A stretch of DNA of 64,000 bases from the human T2T-CHM13v2.0 reference genome, Homo sapiens, in NCBI RefSeq assembly GCF_009914755.1, contig NC_060929.1; one strand, 5' to 3'. A program made the translations under genes and the position numbers. Of the stretch, positions 30,362 to 45,884 are shown one piece after another. The notes under the pieces were generated by a model. It saw only the letters and a list, made by a program, of their open reading frames with translations, was not told the origin of the DNA and ran no database searches. The number at the start of each line of letters is the position of its first letter. The stretch's first letter is position 1.

Positions 30362-31378
30362 ATGGGGAAAAAACAGAACAGAAAAACTGGAAACCCTAAA
30401 ACGCAGAGCGCCTCTCCTCCTCCAAAGGAACGCAGTTCCTCACCAGCAACGGAACAAAGCTGGATGGAGAATGATTTTGACGAGCTGAGAGAAGAAGGCT
30501 TCAGACGATCAAATTACTCTGAGCTACGGGAGGACATTCAAACCAAAGGCAAAGAAGTTGAAAACTTTGAAAAAAATTTAGAAGAATGTATAACTAGAAT
30601 AACCAATACAGAGAAGTGCTTAAAGGAGCTGATGGAGCTGAAAACCAAGGCTCGAGAACTATGTGAAGAATGCAGAAGCCTCAGGAGCCGATGCGATCAA
30701 CTGGAAGAAAGGGTATCAGCAATGGAAGATGAAATGAATGAAATGAAGCGAGAAGGGAAGTTTAGAGAAAAAAGAATAAAAAGAAATGAGCAAAGCCTCC
30801 AAGAAATATGGGACTATGTGAAAAGACCAAATCTACGTCTGATTGGTGTACCTGAAAGTGATGTGGAGAATGGAACCAAGTTGGAAAACACTCTGCAGGA
30901 TATTATCCAGGAGAACTTCCCCAATCTAGCAAGGCAGGCCAACGTTCAGATTCAGGAAATACAGAGAACGCCACAAAGATACTCCTCGAGAAGAGCAACT
31001 CCAAGACACATAATTGTCAGATTCACCAAAGTTGAAATGAAGGAAAAAATGTTAAGGGCAGCCAGAGAGAAAGGTCGGGTTACCCTCAAAGGAAAGCCCA
31101 TCAGACTAACAGCGGATCTCTCGGCAGAAACCCTACAAGCCAGAAGAGAGTGGGGGCCAATATTCAACATTCTTAAAGAAAAGAATTTTCAACCCAGAAT
31201 TTCATATCCAGCCAAACTAAGCTTCATAAGTGAAGGAGAAATAAAATACTTTATAGACAAACAAATGCTGAGAGATTTTGTCACCACCAGGCCTGCCCTA
31301 AAAGAGCTCCTGAAGGAAGCGCTAAACATGGAAAGGAACAACTGGTACCAGCCGCTGCAAAATCATGCCAAAATGTAA
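30362..31378 (+). CDS. ORF1: LINE-1 ORF1p, RNA-binding nucleic-acid chaperone (338 aa)
   Basis: MGKKQNRKTG...QNHAKM at canonical length; coiled coil plus REKG, ARR and YPAKLS motifs intact. Confidence 0.98.
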   Translation: MGKKQNRKTGNPKTQSASPPPKERSSSPATEQSWMENDFDELREEGFRRSNYSELREDIQTKGKEVENFEKNLEECITRITNTEKCLKELMELKTKARELCEECRSLRSRCDQLEERVSAMEDEMNEMKREGKFREKRIKRNEQSLQEIWDYVKRPNLRLIGVPESDVENGTKLENTLQDIIQENFPNLARQANVQIQEIQRTPQRYSSRRATPRHIIVRFTKVEMKEKMLRAAREKGRVTLKGKPIRLTADLSAETLQARREWGPIFNILKEKNFQPRISYPAKLSFISEGEIKYFIDKQMLRDFVTTRPALKELLKEALNMERNNWYQPLQNHAKM

Positions 31379-31417
31379 AGACCATCAAGACTAGGAAGAA
31401 ACTGCATCAACTAATGA

Positions 31418-35269
<3,852 letters not shown>

Positions 35270-35311
35270 ACAATGAGATCACATGGACACAGAAGGGGAA
35301 TATCACACTCT

Positions 35312-35345
35312 GGGGACTGTGGTGGGGTCGGGGGAGGGGGGAGGG
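35312..35345 (+). other. G-rich, G-quadruplex-prone tract of the L1 3'UTR
   Basis: GGGGACTGTGGTGGGGTCGGGGGAGGGGGGAGGG. Confidence 0.75.
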
Positions 35346-35746
35346 ATAGCATTGGGAGATATACCTAATGATAGATGACACGTTGGTGGGTGCAGCGCAC
35401 CAGCATGGCACATGTATACATATGTAACTAACCTGCACAATGTGCACATGTACCCTAAAACTTAGAGTATAATAAAAAAAAAATAAAAAAAAAAAATAAA
35501 GAACAGCAAAAAAAAAAAAAAAAAAAAAAGAAATAAGTACCAGAAGAGAAGGTAGCAGGGTGGAGATAAAGACTAGTGGCTCAGTTTACTTTGGGTGATC
35601 AATGGATACCACATATATTTCGCACAAACAAAACAATTTCAACCTTTTTATTACACTGCTAATGAAATAAAATTATTCAGAAGGCATAGCACTGACTTAT
35701 TATGCTATGGTGCTTCAAATTCAACATACAAAAAATCCTGTGATCA

Positions 35747-35933
35747 AGGGGAGCATCACACACGGGGGCCTGTTGTGGGGTGGGGGGAGGGGGGAGGGAT
35801 AGCATTAGGAGATATACCTAAGGCTAAATGACGAGTTAATGGGTGCAGCACACCAACATGGCACATGTATACATGTGTAACAAACCTGCATGTTGTGCAC
35901 ATGTACCCGAAAACTTAAAGTATAATAATAAAA
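35747..35933 (+). mobile_element. Short 5'-truncated L1PA (L1PA4-like) 3' end
   Basis: 3'UTR with GAG diagnostic (AAATGACGAGTTAATG); TSD AAAAAATCCTGTGATCA at 35730-35746 and 35934-35950. Confidence 0.92.
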
Positions 35934-36420
35934 AAAAAATCCTGTGATCATAATATTACCAGTTTATTGAGACCAGGAAATGGATTTATTTTTCTACAAA
36001 CCCTGTCTTCAAACATACCCTGTTCAATCTTCATTCCTATTCCTCTGGCAACATTTTGTTCATACCACATGATTTCTGAGCCACTTTCAGGGAACAAAAT
36101 CCATGTGCAGCAAGTAATATTCACCTTCAGGTACTAAAAAAGCATTCATCCTAAATCAAAACTTTAATCTCATTTTCAATTCAAAACTTTCTTCTCCCAC
36201 TGCAGGCCTAACCTATTGCTCAAAATCTACAGTGGAAGAGATAAAATCCATTTCTTCACTTCTACTTGACTTTTTTCCCTTTTATTTTCTGGCTTTTCTA
36301 TAGCTATTAAAGTTTAAAGAATTGGGGTGAAATGTTATATTTACATTTCTCTCTTCATGACTGACATTGGATGGCCTCCAAGGTCCATCTGCATAGTGGG
36401 TATAAAAATGTGGGATTCTT

Positions 36421-36509
36421 CGGGAGGTAGAGCTTGCAGTGAGCCGAGATAGCACCACTGCACTCCAGCCTGGGCAACAGAGCAAAACTCTGTCACAAAA
36501 AAAAAAAAA
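36421..36509 (+). mobile_element. 5'-truncated Alu (AluY-like) right-arm end
   Basis: GAGCTTGCAGTGAGCCGAGAT followed by poly(A); TSD AAAAATGTGGGATTCTT at 36404-36420 and 36510-36526. Confidence 0.9.
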
Positions 36510-36749
36510 AAAAATGTGGGATTCTTTTGTGCAGCATTGATAGCATTCCATGGAGGCCCTGGGAGGACTTTGGCCCTTCACGTTCCCTAGATGCAAGCCA
36601 TGTACACTGGCTGCAGTCTTGTACGCCATTCCTGCTTGGTTTATGTTTGCAAAGAACACAGCCTTTTACTTTTGGATTCTCATTGTCCCAGCAGGTACAA
36701 TATTGCTCAATTTACAATGTTTGCTGGTGAGAGTAAAGGGCAGGGGTAG

Positions 36750-37042
36750 CTTTTGTAAAACTTATATTTTGGGTTCGAGGGTATATGTGAAGGTTTGTTA
36801 CATAGGTAAACTCGTGTCACAGGTGTTTGTTGTACAGATTATGTCATCACCCAGGTATTAAGCCCAGTACCCAATAGTGATCTTTTCTGCTCCTCTCCCT
36901 TCTCCCACCCTCCCCACTCAAGCAGACCCCAATGTCTGTTTTTCCCTTCTTTGTGTTGGTAAGTTCTCATCATTTAGCTCCCACTTATAAGTGAGCACAT
37001 GCAGTATTTGGTTTTCTGTTCCTGCATTAGTTTGCTAAGGAC
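36750..37042 (-). mobile_element. L1PB/old L1PA 3' end
   Basis: GTTTGTTACATAGGTAAACTCGTGTCAC...CATTTAGCTCCCACTTATAAGTGAG. Confidence 0.8.
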
Positions 37043-37384
37043 ATACTTTCCTATTTTTAAAACCTCATGGAAGTTCTTTTTTTTTATTAATGTCTGTGAT
37101 TCCTCCATGTAACTAAAGTATATTATAGATGAAAAAGTGATACTCCCCAAAACACTGGAATATTCTAAAGAAGTAAATCATTGCAATAAATATCTGTGTA
37201 GTTGATCAGACTCAGCCTCCTTTCCTTTCTCATCAAAGCATTTTATTAACGTTTGTTTGCAAGACATCTCGAAATATGATTGAAGTCTTCTACTCTTTAT
37301 CATCTAAATCTTTCCTTCCAGCATTCTGAGAATGCTAACAATCTCAATGAGTAAATGAATGAGTAATGAGTAAGCAGGAGTAAA

Positions 37385-37586
37385 TGGTATATTGCCTGAC
37401 AGCATAACTTTTACAGATTTGGCCAAGCTGACTACTGAAAGAAATAATGTCCCCAACCAGAAACAATTTTTTTTATTTTAAATGCTAAAAAAAATGAACC
37501 ACCAAAACTATGCTATTATCTTTATTAAAAATGCAAGCCAGTTGGTACCATCAATATAGCATTGGCTATAGATGGCAGACCAGCAA
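37385..37586 (+). repeat. Copy 2 of the ~200-bp dispersed direct duplication
   Basis: Colinear with 28172-28381; first 37 nt identical. Confidence 0.9.
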
Positions 37587-38366
37587 AAGTTTATTTTTCA
37601 CAATTTAAAATGTAAATACACAATTTTCCTATACCTAGGTAAATTTACTCTGCTGTCATTTTTGCATCTTTTACTTTATAGCAGACCAACTAAAAACCTG
37701 AATGTCAGTTCTATTCAAAATAATGGATTTGAAATTGCCAGTGACAAAAGCTGCTATTGTCACCTTCTATTTATATAGAAAAAAGTAATAGAGGGCAATA
37801 GATTTTACAGGCCTGACACTGAAGCCTTTCATCATTACAGCCTCAAAACATTGAGGAAAGCAAAAATACCAAATAATTCACACATGGGCAAACATAGGCC
37901 ACGAGAAATGGAAGCAAAGTCCTTGCAAACAATTTTTTGACTCAAATTCTTCTTTACACATGCTGAAGTCTGCCTAAAGTGCAAGATGCTGCAGAACCAC
38001 ATCAATACACGAGTGCCATTGCAAATTACTTTGAATACAATGTTAACAAATACATAGTTTAGCATATCCAATTTGTTTATAAAGGAACCTGCCTACTTCA
38101 AAAAGAAAGCTATCTTGAAGAAGGGGATGCCATCCAGAGATACCTGCAAGATGAAGCTAACATAGAGAAAACCACAGTATACAAATCTTTCTTCCCCCTA
38201 CATTCCATATGGGTGAAATCAAGGTAAAACGAACATTAGACAAATTCTTGAAAGGATAACCATATGCACTCTTATACAGAGAAAAGCCACCACATATCAA
38301 GCTATTTTCAAGGCATGACACCTTTAACTCCTCCCAGTTAACTCTTCAACCTTCTGCAACATATCT

Positions 38367-39525
38367 GTTTTTTTGTTTTTTTTTTTTACTTTAGGTTCAT
38401 GGGTACATGTGTGGGTTGGTTACATAGATAAGTTATATGTCACAGGGGTTTGGTATACAGGTTATTTTGTCATCCATGTAATAACCATCGTACCTGATAG
38501 GTAGTTTTTTTTTAATCCTCTTCTTCCTCCCTCCCTCCACCCTCAAGTAAGACCCAGTTTCTGTAGGTCCCTTCTTTGTGTCTGCATGCATTCAATGTTT
38601 AGCTCCTACTTATGAGTGAGAACATATGGTATTTGGCTTTCTGATCCTGCATTAGTTTGCATAGGATTATGGCCTCCAGCATCATCCATGTTCTCATTCA
38701 TCTTTATGGTTGCATAGTATTCCATGGTGTATATGTACCACATTTCTTTATCCAGTCTTTCACTGATGGACATTCAGGTGGATTCCATGTCTTTGCTATT
38801 GTGAGTAGTGCTGCAATGAACATATGTGTGCATGTGTCTTTATGGTAGAATAATTTATATTTCTTTGAATATATGTACTCAATAATGGGATGGCTGGGCT
38901 AAATGGCACTTCTGTTTTAAGTTCTTTGAGAATTTCCCACCCTGCCTCCCTCAATAGCTGAACTAATTTACATTCCCACCAGTAGTGTATAAGCATTCCC
39001 TTTCCTCTACAACCTCACCAGCATCTGTTATTTTTTGACTTTTTAATGATAGCCATTCTGACTGTATGAGATGATATTTTACTGTAGTTTTGATTTGCAT
39101 TTCTCTAATGATTAGTCATGTTAAGTATTTTTTCATATGTTTGTTGGCTGCAGGTATGTCTTATTTTCAAAAGTGTTTGTTCATATCTTTTGCCCACTTT
39201 TTAATGGTGTTTGTTTTTTTCTTGTAAATTTGTTTCACCTACTTCTGGATTCTGGATATTAGACATTTGTCAGATGCATAGTTTGCCAAAATTATCTCCA
39301 TTCTGTAGATTCTCTATTTACTCTGTTGATAGTTTCTTTTGCTGCGCAACACTTTGTTAGTTTAATTACATTCCATTTGTCGATTTTTGGTTTCGAAAGC
39401 AATTGCAGTTTTTATCATGAAATCTAATTCATCATGAAGTCGAATTCTGTGAAGAAGGTCACTGATAGTTTGATAGAAATAGCATTTAACCTGTAAATCG
39501 ATTTCAGCAATATGGTCATTTCCTA
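38367..39525 (-). mobile_element. L1PB/old L1PA 3' portion
   Basis: T-tract, 3'UTR and ORF2 C-terminal homology (38796..38996 HYWWECKLVQ). Confidence 0.82.
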
Positions 39526-40084
39526 TGCCAGTCCACATTACAAAGCAAAAAGACATGTTATGGTAACATGTTTGCTCTGGGATGTAGACCAGCATAGAAA
39601 ACATCACACAGCCACCTTGCCTTTTGTCTCCCATTTCTTTGAGCTGAGAGCCCCAGCAGGATATAGAAGAGAATGATAGGGCAGAGTGATAAAGGGGTAG
39701 TAGGGATATTTATTCTCCAGCCCCCACTATGAGAAGTAACCTGAGATTAGCAGAAACCTCCAGCCCCAATGAAAGTCACAGCTTCTCTCAAGGTGGCCCC
39801 TCTGCACAAGGCTGTCTACTTCCAACTTATTGATACCACTTCCCTTCCTTATTTCTCCAAGTCAAAACTGATTATACCTGTTACCCCAGGAAACAGCCTT
39901 CTACTCTGTGATTTCCATACACACTTTACAAATGTTTCTTTTATTAAAACATTCTTAAATTATGCAATTTGGAATGTCTCATTGTTCCCTGCTAGAACTC
40001 TGGCTGAGATACATGAGGTACATAGTATTCCTGCTTCATTTCTTACCATACACAAAGTGGCTGGAATAATGCATGACAAGGGTA

Positions 40085-40850
40085 TAGAATAGCATTCAAT
40101 TTATGAATGAGTGAATGAATGAAGTCTACCTATGAGACTTATGTTTAAAGTTAACACTGAAAAGTGATATCTACTTGTATGTTTCCTCCTTTGGTGATTA
40201 TCTGGGAGGGGCATTAGACTGATTATACTGGGTCTCTGCCTTAGGGGTCTCCTCCAATTTCTTACCTGGACTCTTAAAATAGGTTTAACTGATTTCTCCG
40301 TTTTTATTTTAGGCCTTCTATAGTGCATTTTCTGTATAGCAGTCAGGGTGATTTCTCTTAAAATGCGCATTTTACTCCTATAGCTCCCAAGCTCACTACA
40401 GGCTTATCCATCAAGCCCAGACTCCTGAATGTGGCATCTCTGGTACCCATCATCCTTTTTAGAGTCAACTATCAAACCCCTAACATCAACCCTGAAACCC
40501 TGTTCAACTCACACTGAACTATTTCCTTTCTTCAAATATACCATCCTTCTTTCCTATGATTTTGCACACATGCTTTTTGTTCTTTCTTTCCACATTCTTT
40601 GCTGAGATACTTCCTACACATTCTTCAAGACCCCAACAAGCATCGACTCATTTAAGAATTCATCTTCGGCTTTTTCAGGAGCCTCCGGGGCTCCCACAGC
40701 ATTCCATGCTTCCACTTCTCAGGGTATTTCTCATCCTGAATTGAAATTTACTGTTTTTTCATAATCTCCTTTTAATATCTAATATATGCCTGGCACACAT
40801 AAAGTTCACAATGAATACTTGCCCAATGAACAAATAAATAGCTGAATCAA
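40085..40850. mobile_element. L2 relics
   Basis: TGAATGAGTGAATGAATGAA and GCCTGGCACACATAAAG...AATGAA L2-end motifs. Confidence 0.5.
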
Positions 40851-41764
40851 TGATCAACATGAGCTACTTATGGTCAACATAGTTGCTACTTGATTCAAAT
40901 CCTATTCCCCAAACCTGCTAACCTGAATATCCTAATGACCCTTCACTCTGACAGTAGTCTGGCATATCCCTTCCCACAATAAAAAAAAATTCAGTAGAGT
41001 TAAGAGATGTTCTTGGGTCAAATATATCATTGAAACATATAAGGAGAAAATATTCTAAAAGTAGATTAAATGACCCAGAAAGAAAATGAGTAATAGAGTT
41101 ATTAAATGACAAAGTTCAAAATTATTTGTCTTTACAACACTTTAGATGGAATAGTCCCCTATTTTATATTCCCTATAGAATTCTGACATTTGATATTTTT
41201 ATGCACTCTTAAAATTTTGAATCAGTCAGATATTTTGTTTTTATTGCTATCAACATAAAGTGGCTGGCTAACATGATTGAAAATGGAATTTATTAGAAAG
41301 TTGTCAAGAAACTTAGGACATCAGTAGGAATAATCAGAGATCCAATTTGGGTAAAAGGACCAAGGTGAAGTGTGCTTTGAAGGTCAAGGATGCTAACACT
41401 GCTGAACATTCTCCCACCAGCCACCAACACTGTAATGCATGAATTCCAATTATTTTTTATTTTTTCTGTCCATTAATCATGTGCAGGGCATCTGGATATA
41501 TAATCCCACTATGATTTTCACAGTGAAGGAGGCATAATTCTTTAAAAAGAAATTGAATGACATTATAAGTAGAATGGAGACTAAATGCAGAAATCAGAAT
41601 ACAAAGCCACTATGTGAAACAGCAAATGTCCACTGAAAATAGATTTTTTAAAAGTTAGAAAATAAAAAGTAGATATATTAGTAAATAAAGGAGATAAAAA
41701 TGGACTTAGATAACTTTAAATGTAGCCCATAGAAATAAAGTATGATAAAGGACTAAGAAAGCAT

Positions 41765-41950
41765 ATTTTTTAAAAATTTATTTTTAATAACAAAAATTAT
41801 GTATATTTGTAGTGTACAACATGATGGTCTGATATATGTACAGATTGTGGAATGACTAAGTCAAACTAATTAACATACCTGTTACATCCCATACTTATCC
41901 ATTTTTGTGGTGAAAACATTTTAAATATATAGTTAGCAATTTTCAAAGGG
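41765..41950 (-). mobile_element. L1MA-type 3' end fragment
   Basis: GTGTACAACATGATG...TGTGGAATGACTAAGTCAAACTAATTAACATA. Confidence 0.65.
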
Positions 41951-42138
41951 CCTAATTTTAAAATGTATTTTAGATTATAAAATTCCACTAATTCACGTTA
42001 CTGTAACAAAATAAAAACCCCCTTTGATATTTAGATTTATTATTAAATAATTTATTTATAATATAAAATAGACCTTTTAACTTTTTAAAGGCTTTTTCAT
42101 TGATTGAGGTACATTAATACTTGTTTTTCCCTTTATAG

Positions 42139-42244
42139 GAACAAGATGCAGTGGAAGAACACCAGCGATCCCAGGAGACGCTCAACAGAATAAACACACT
42201 TGAGACATCAAAGAAATATCATATTAAGAGAACTGTTCAGAAAA
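42139..42244 (+). other. Candidate exon of an unidentified transcript
   Basis: Strong acceptor TTGTTTTTCCCTTTATAG, 106 nt open in one frame (EQDAVEEHQRSQETLNRINTLETSKK...), weak donor AAA|GTAGGA. Confidence 0.25.
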
Positions 42245-42937
42245 GTAGGATACATTTATTGTGTTGTTCCTATCGACGCATACTGAAATTGTTGTTGTTG
42301 TTGTTTCACATAGTTTGCAGACTGTAATTACAGAATTATAGGCTGTCTTACTCAGGATGGATGTCTAATCTCAACATAAACAGATCACACACAGCTTGTC
42401 CCATCTTTTGGCCCCCTTTAATATCAATTACAATGGCTGTTGCTTTGACACAATTTTGAAACAAAAAATTATATCTTGTTATATATCACCCATGGAAGAA
42501 AAATTTAATATTTCTTAGCTCTATTATAATAGTTTTTTCCCATCTGCCTTCAACATTTAAAGCCTTCTAGGGAAACGACGCATCAAAGTGCTAAGGTTCT
42601 ATTAGGGCAGACTACAATAAAACATAGGTGCATATCTTAATGTATAAATTCCTCATCTGTTAGGTACATTTAAGATTCTTTATTATAAACAAACTCACAC
42701 AAAGCTAAACCAAAAGGCAATTGTTTAGTGTAACAATATACTGAGTGTGGGAGCTAAAAGTTAAAAAAAAAATTAAACTCAAGGAGACAAAGAGTGACTT
42801 TGCATTTTGCCATAAAATTCGTGCCTAGGACCCCAAAGGAAAATTGGAGGCTTTAAATTTTCCCCATTCTAATAAGATTACCCCAATTTTTAGTGAAAGC
42901 TAAACGTGAGATCTCTGGAAAGCAGACTCCAAGATAG

Positions 42938-43245
<308 letters not shown>

Positions 43246-43995
43246 TGATAGAGTTTATAATACAAGATGTTTATAAGGGAGCACTAGTTGTTTCAGCAGG
43301 TGTGGATGGGAAGGGAAGGAAGCAGAAGTGCACAGAGGAAAAGGTCAAACTGCAGTGCAGGTCTGACAGCCTCACCAGACCGCAAAAATCACCTGAAGCT
43401 AAAATGGCCACTCAGAGTTGTCCTGCTTTTGAACAAAACAAATGGGCCTTTACACCCCTACCTGTATCAGTCAGTAGATGTAAAATGACCCTGGAAGAAC
43501 ATGCTTTTAGCTGAAAATAGTTGTGCAGTGGAGACAATAACGCAACAAGCTGACAGCTGAAAGCTATTTGCTGCAGCACCTGAGGCAACAACTTATTTCT
43601 TGAAGGGAGATCTCGGTGGTTCATATTCCTATCCATATAGACCCCTTCACACCACTGAGAACCACGTCTGCATGTATGTTCATAGAACTGCATCTTCAGG
43701 AATTTAGCCTCACATCCTGGGAGATATGTAAGAGGAAGGTTAGTAGTAGATAGAGACTGCTGATTGATCTATCATTGATAATGATTTTTCACATTCCTCC
43801 ACCACTAATCTAGATTCCCCTGACTCTCAGCTACTACATCTGCTGGTCTCAGGTGCTATTTAGTGGCATGACCCGAACTCTTAGACCAGACGAAACTGGG
43901 CCCAAGTCAGCATGCCATTCTTAGGCTGGAGTTGCTGTAACTGATCATTTACAGTAATAATTGGGCAACAGGAGTACATTAGTCTGCTTGGGCTG

Positions 43996-44340
43996 TGTCT
44001 TAGTCTAATTTGTACTGTATAACACAATACCTGAGACAGGGTAATTTATCAAGGACAAAAATATATTGGCTCCTGGCTCTGAAGGCTGGGAAGTCCAAGA
44101 TTGAAAGCATGCATCTAGTGAGGGCCTTCTTACTGCATCATAACATGGTGAGAGAGAGAAACAGGGGAATGAACCCTCTTTTAAAACAACCCACTCTTGT
44201 GATAACAACATTAATCCATTCATAAGAGCAGAGCCTCATAACCTAATCCCTTTATATAAAGTTCCCACCTCTCAACATTGTTGCACGGGGGGTTAAGTTT
44301 CCAACACCTGAACTTTGGGGGTCATATTCATACCACAGCA
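43996..44340 (-). mobile_element. MST-type MaLR solo LTR nested in an MLT1 LTR
   Basis: TGTCTTAGTC...ACCACAGCA with 5-bp TSD GGCTG (43991-43995, 44341-44345); host MLT1 continues to ~44590. Confidence 0.85.
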
Positions 44341-44589
44341 GGCTGTCATAATAGAATACTACAGACTGGGTGGCTTAAACAACAGAAATTTATTTTCTCA
44401 CAGTGGTGAAGACTGGCAGTCCAAAATCAAGGTTGGTGTATGGTGAAGCCTCTTCTCCTGGCTTTCAGATCTCCAGCTTCTGTGCCCTTGCATGGCTTTC
44501 TTTGGTGTGAATGCCACGAAAAGAGCGAGTCTGGTATCTCTTTCTCTTCTTATAAAAACACCAGTCTTATCAGATTAGGGCTCCCTAAT

Positions 44590-45008
44590 TACTGGAACTT
44601 ATAAATGTTACCTTCTAAGGAAAAAGAGTCTTTGCAGATATAATTAAATTAAAGATCTTTATATGGAGAGATTATCCTGCATTTTATGGATGGGCCCTGT
44701 ATGTAATCACCAGTGCCCTCATAAGAAAGGAGATTTCATGCACACAGAAGAGGAAGAGGCAATGTGACCATGGAGGCAAAGATTGGAGTGATGTGGACAC
44801 AAGTCAAGGAATGTCAGTTGTCACTAGTAGCTGAAAGAAGCAAAGAATGGATTCCCCTAGTGACTGTTGATGGGGCACAGCCCTAAGTTTTGACCCAGTA
44901 ATAATGATTCTGGGCCTCTAGCCTCCAGAATGATGAGAAAATAAATTTCTGTTTTAAACTACCAAGTTTATGGCAATTTGTTACAGCAACCATAGAAAAC
45001 TAAGACAA
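44590..45008 (+). mobile_element. MLT1-type LTR (partial)
   Basis: GTCTTTGCAGATATAATTAAATTAAAGATC...GGCAATTTGTTACAGCAACCATAGAAAACTAAGACA. Confidence 0.75.
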
Positions 45009-45479
45009 TCTCTTTCCTCCCTCGCCAGGCCCAGTATTTCCCCAGCGGGGTTGTGCTGTGACTTCATCTCAGTTGTTGCCTAATGACCAGGAGGCAAATT
45101 CTGAGGGAGTACATGTTGTCTTATTAAAGATTATAAGTGTTTCTAAAGGAGAAAATTGCCATTTTATTGAAAAAGATAGGGAAAAGTACTATTACTTTAT
45201 TAATAGTAAAAGTGGCTCCATATTAAAAAGCTATAACTATTAAAAGGCTAATAACTCAAAATCCACCAAAGGAAATGCTATGAGCTATGGGGATTGAAAG
45301 TATTTTTTCCCCCTCTTCAAAAGATAGAGTATAAACTATATTCAGAGACTCAACTGGTATGTCAGTTCCAGTGGACAGGATTTTTTCTCTGTTTTTCTGT
45401 TGAACAAAATAATTTATTTGTAAATGGAAGAAAGAAATTATAAAAATAAAAACAGAAAATAAAGCAACAAAAACTAATA

Positions 45480-45880
45480 ACTATTAAGCCCATATATGTT
45501 TCAAGAACTGTCATAATACTTTTTTATATACTTCCTCCTTCAATGTTTATCACAATACTACATGGAAAGTACTAGTTTTATGTATGGGGAAACTGAGGCA
45601 AAAAGAAATTAAGTCATTTGCCCCAGGTCTCCCACCTAGTAAGTGTGAGAGCCAGGGTTTAGCTCAAGGAACACTGGCTATAGAGCACCACGCTGGCCGT
45701 TCATTATGGCCAAGTTAAGTGCGCTCTGAAGTCAGAGTGACTTTAGTTTAGGCTCCAATATTTACTAGCTGTGTAACCTTGTACAACCTTTGTAATCTGA
45801 GTCTCAATATTATTATCCATAAATAAGAGTAATGATAGTATCCAGCGCAAAGGGTACTTGTAAGGATTAAATGACACAGC
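45480..45880. mobile_element. Two MIR relics in opposite orientation
   Basis: GGGAAACTGAGGCA...AAGTCATTTGCCCCAGGT and TTACTAGCTGTGTAACCTTG...GTAAGGATTAAATGA. Confidence 0.65.
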
Positions 45881-45884
45881 ACTT

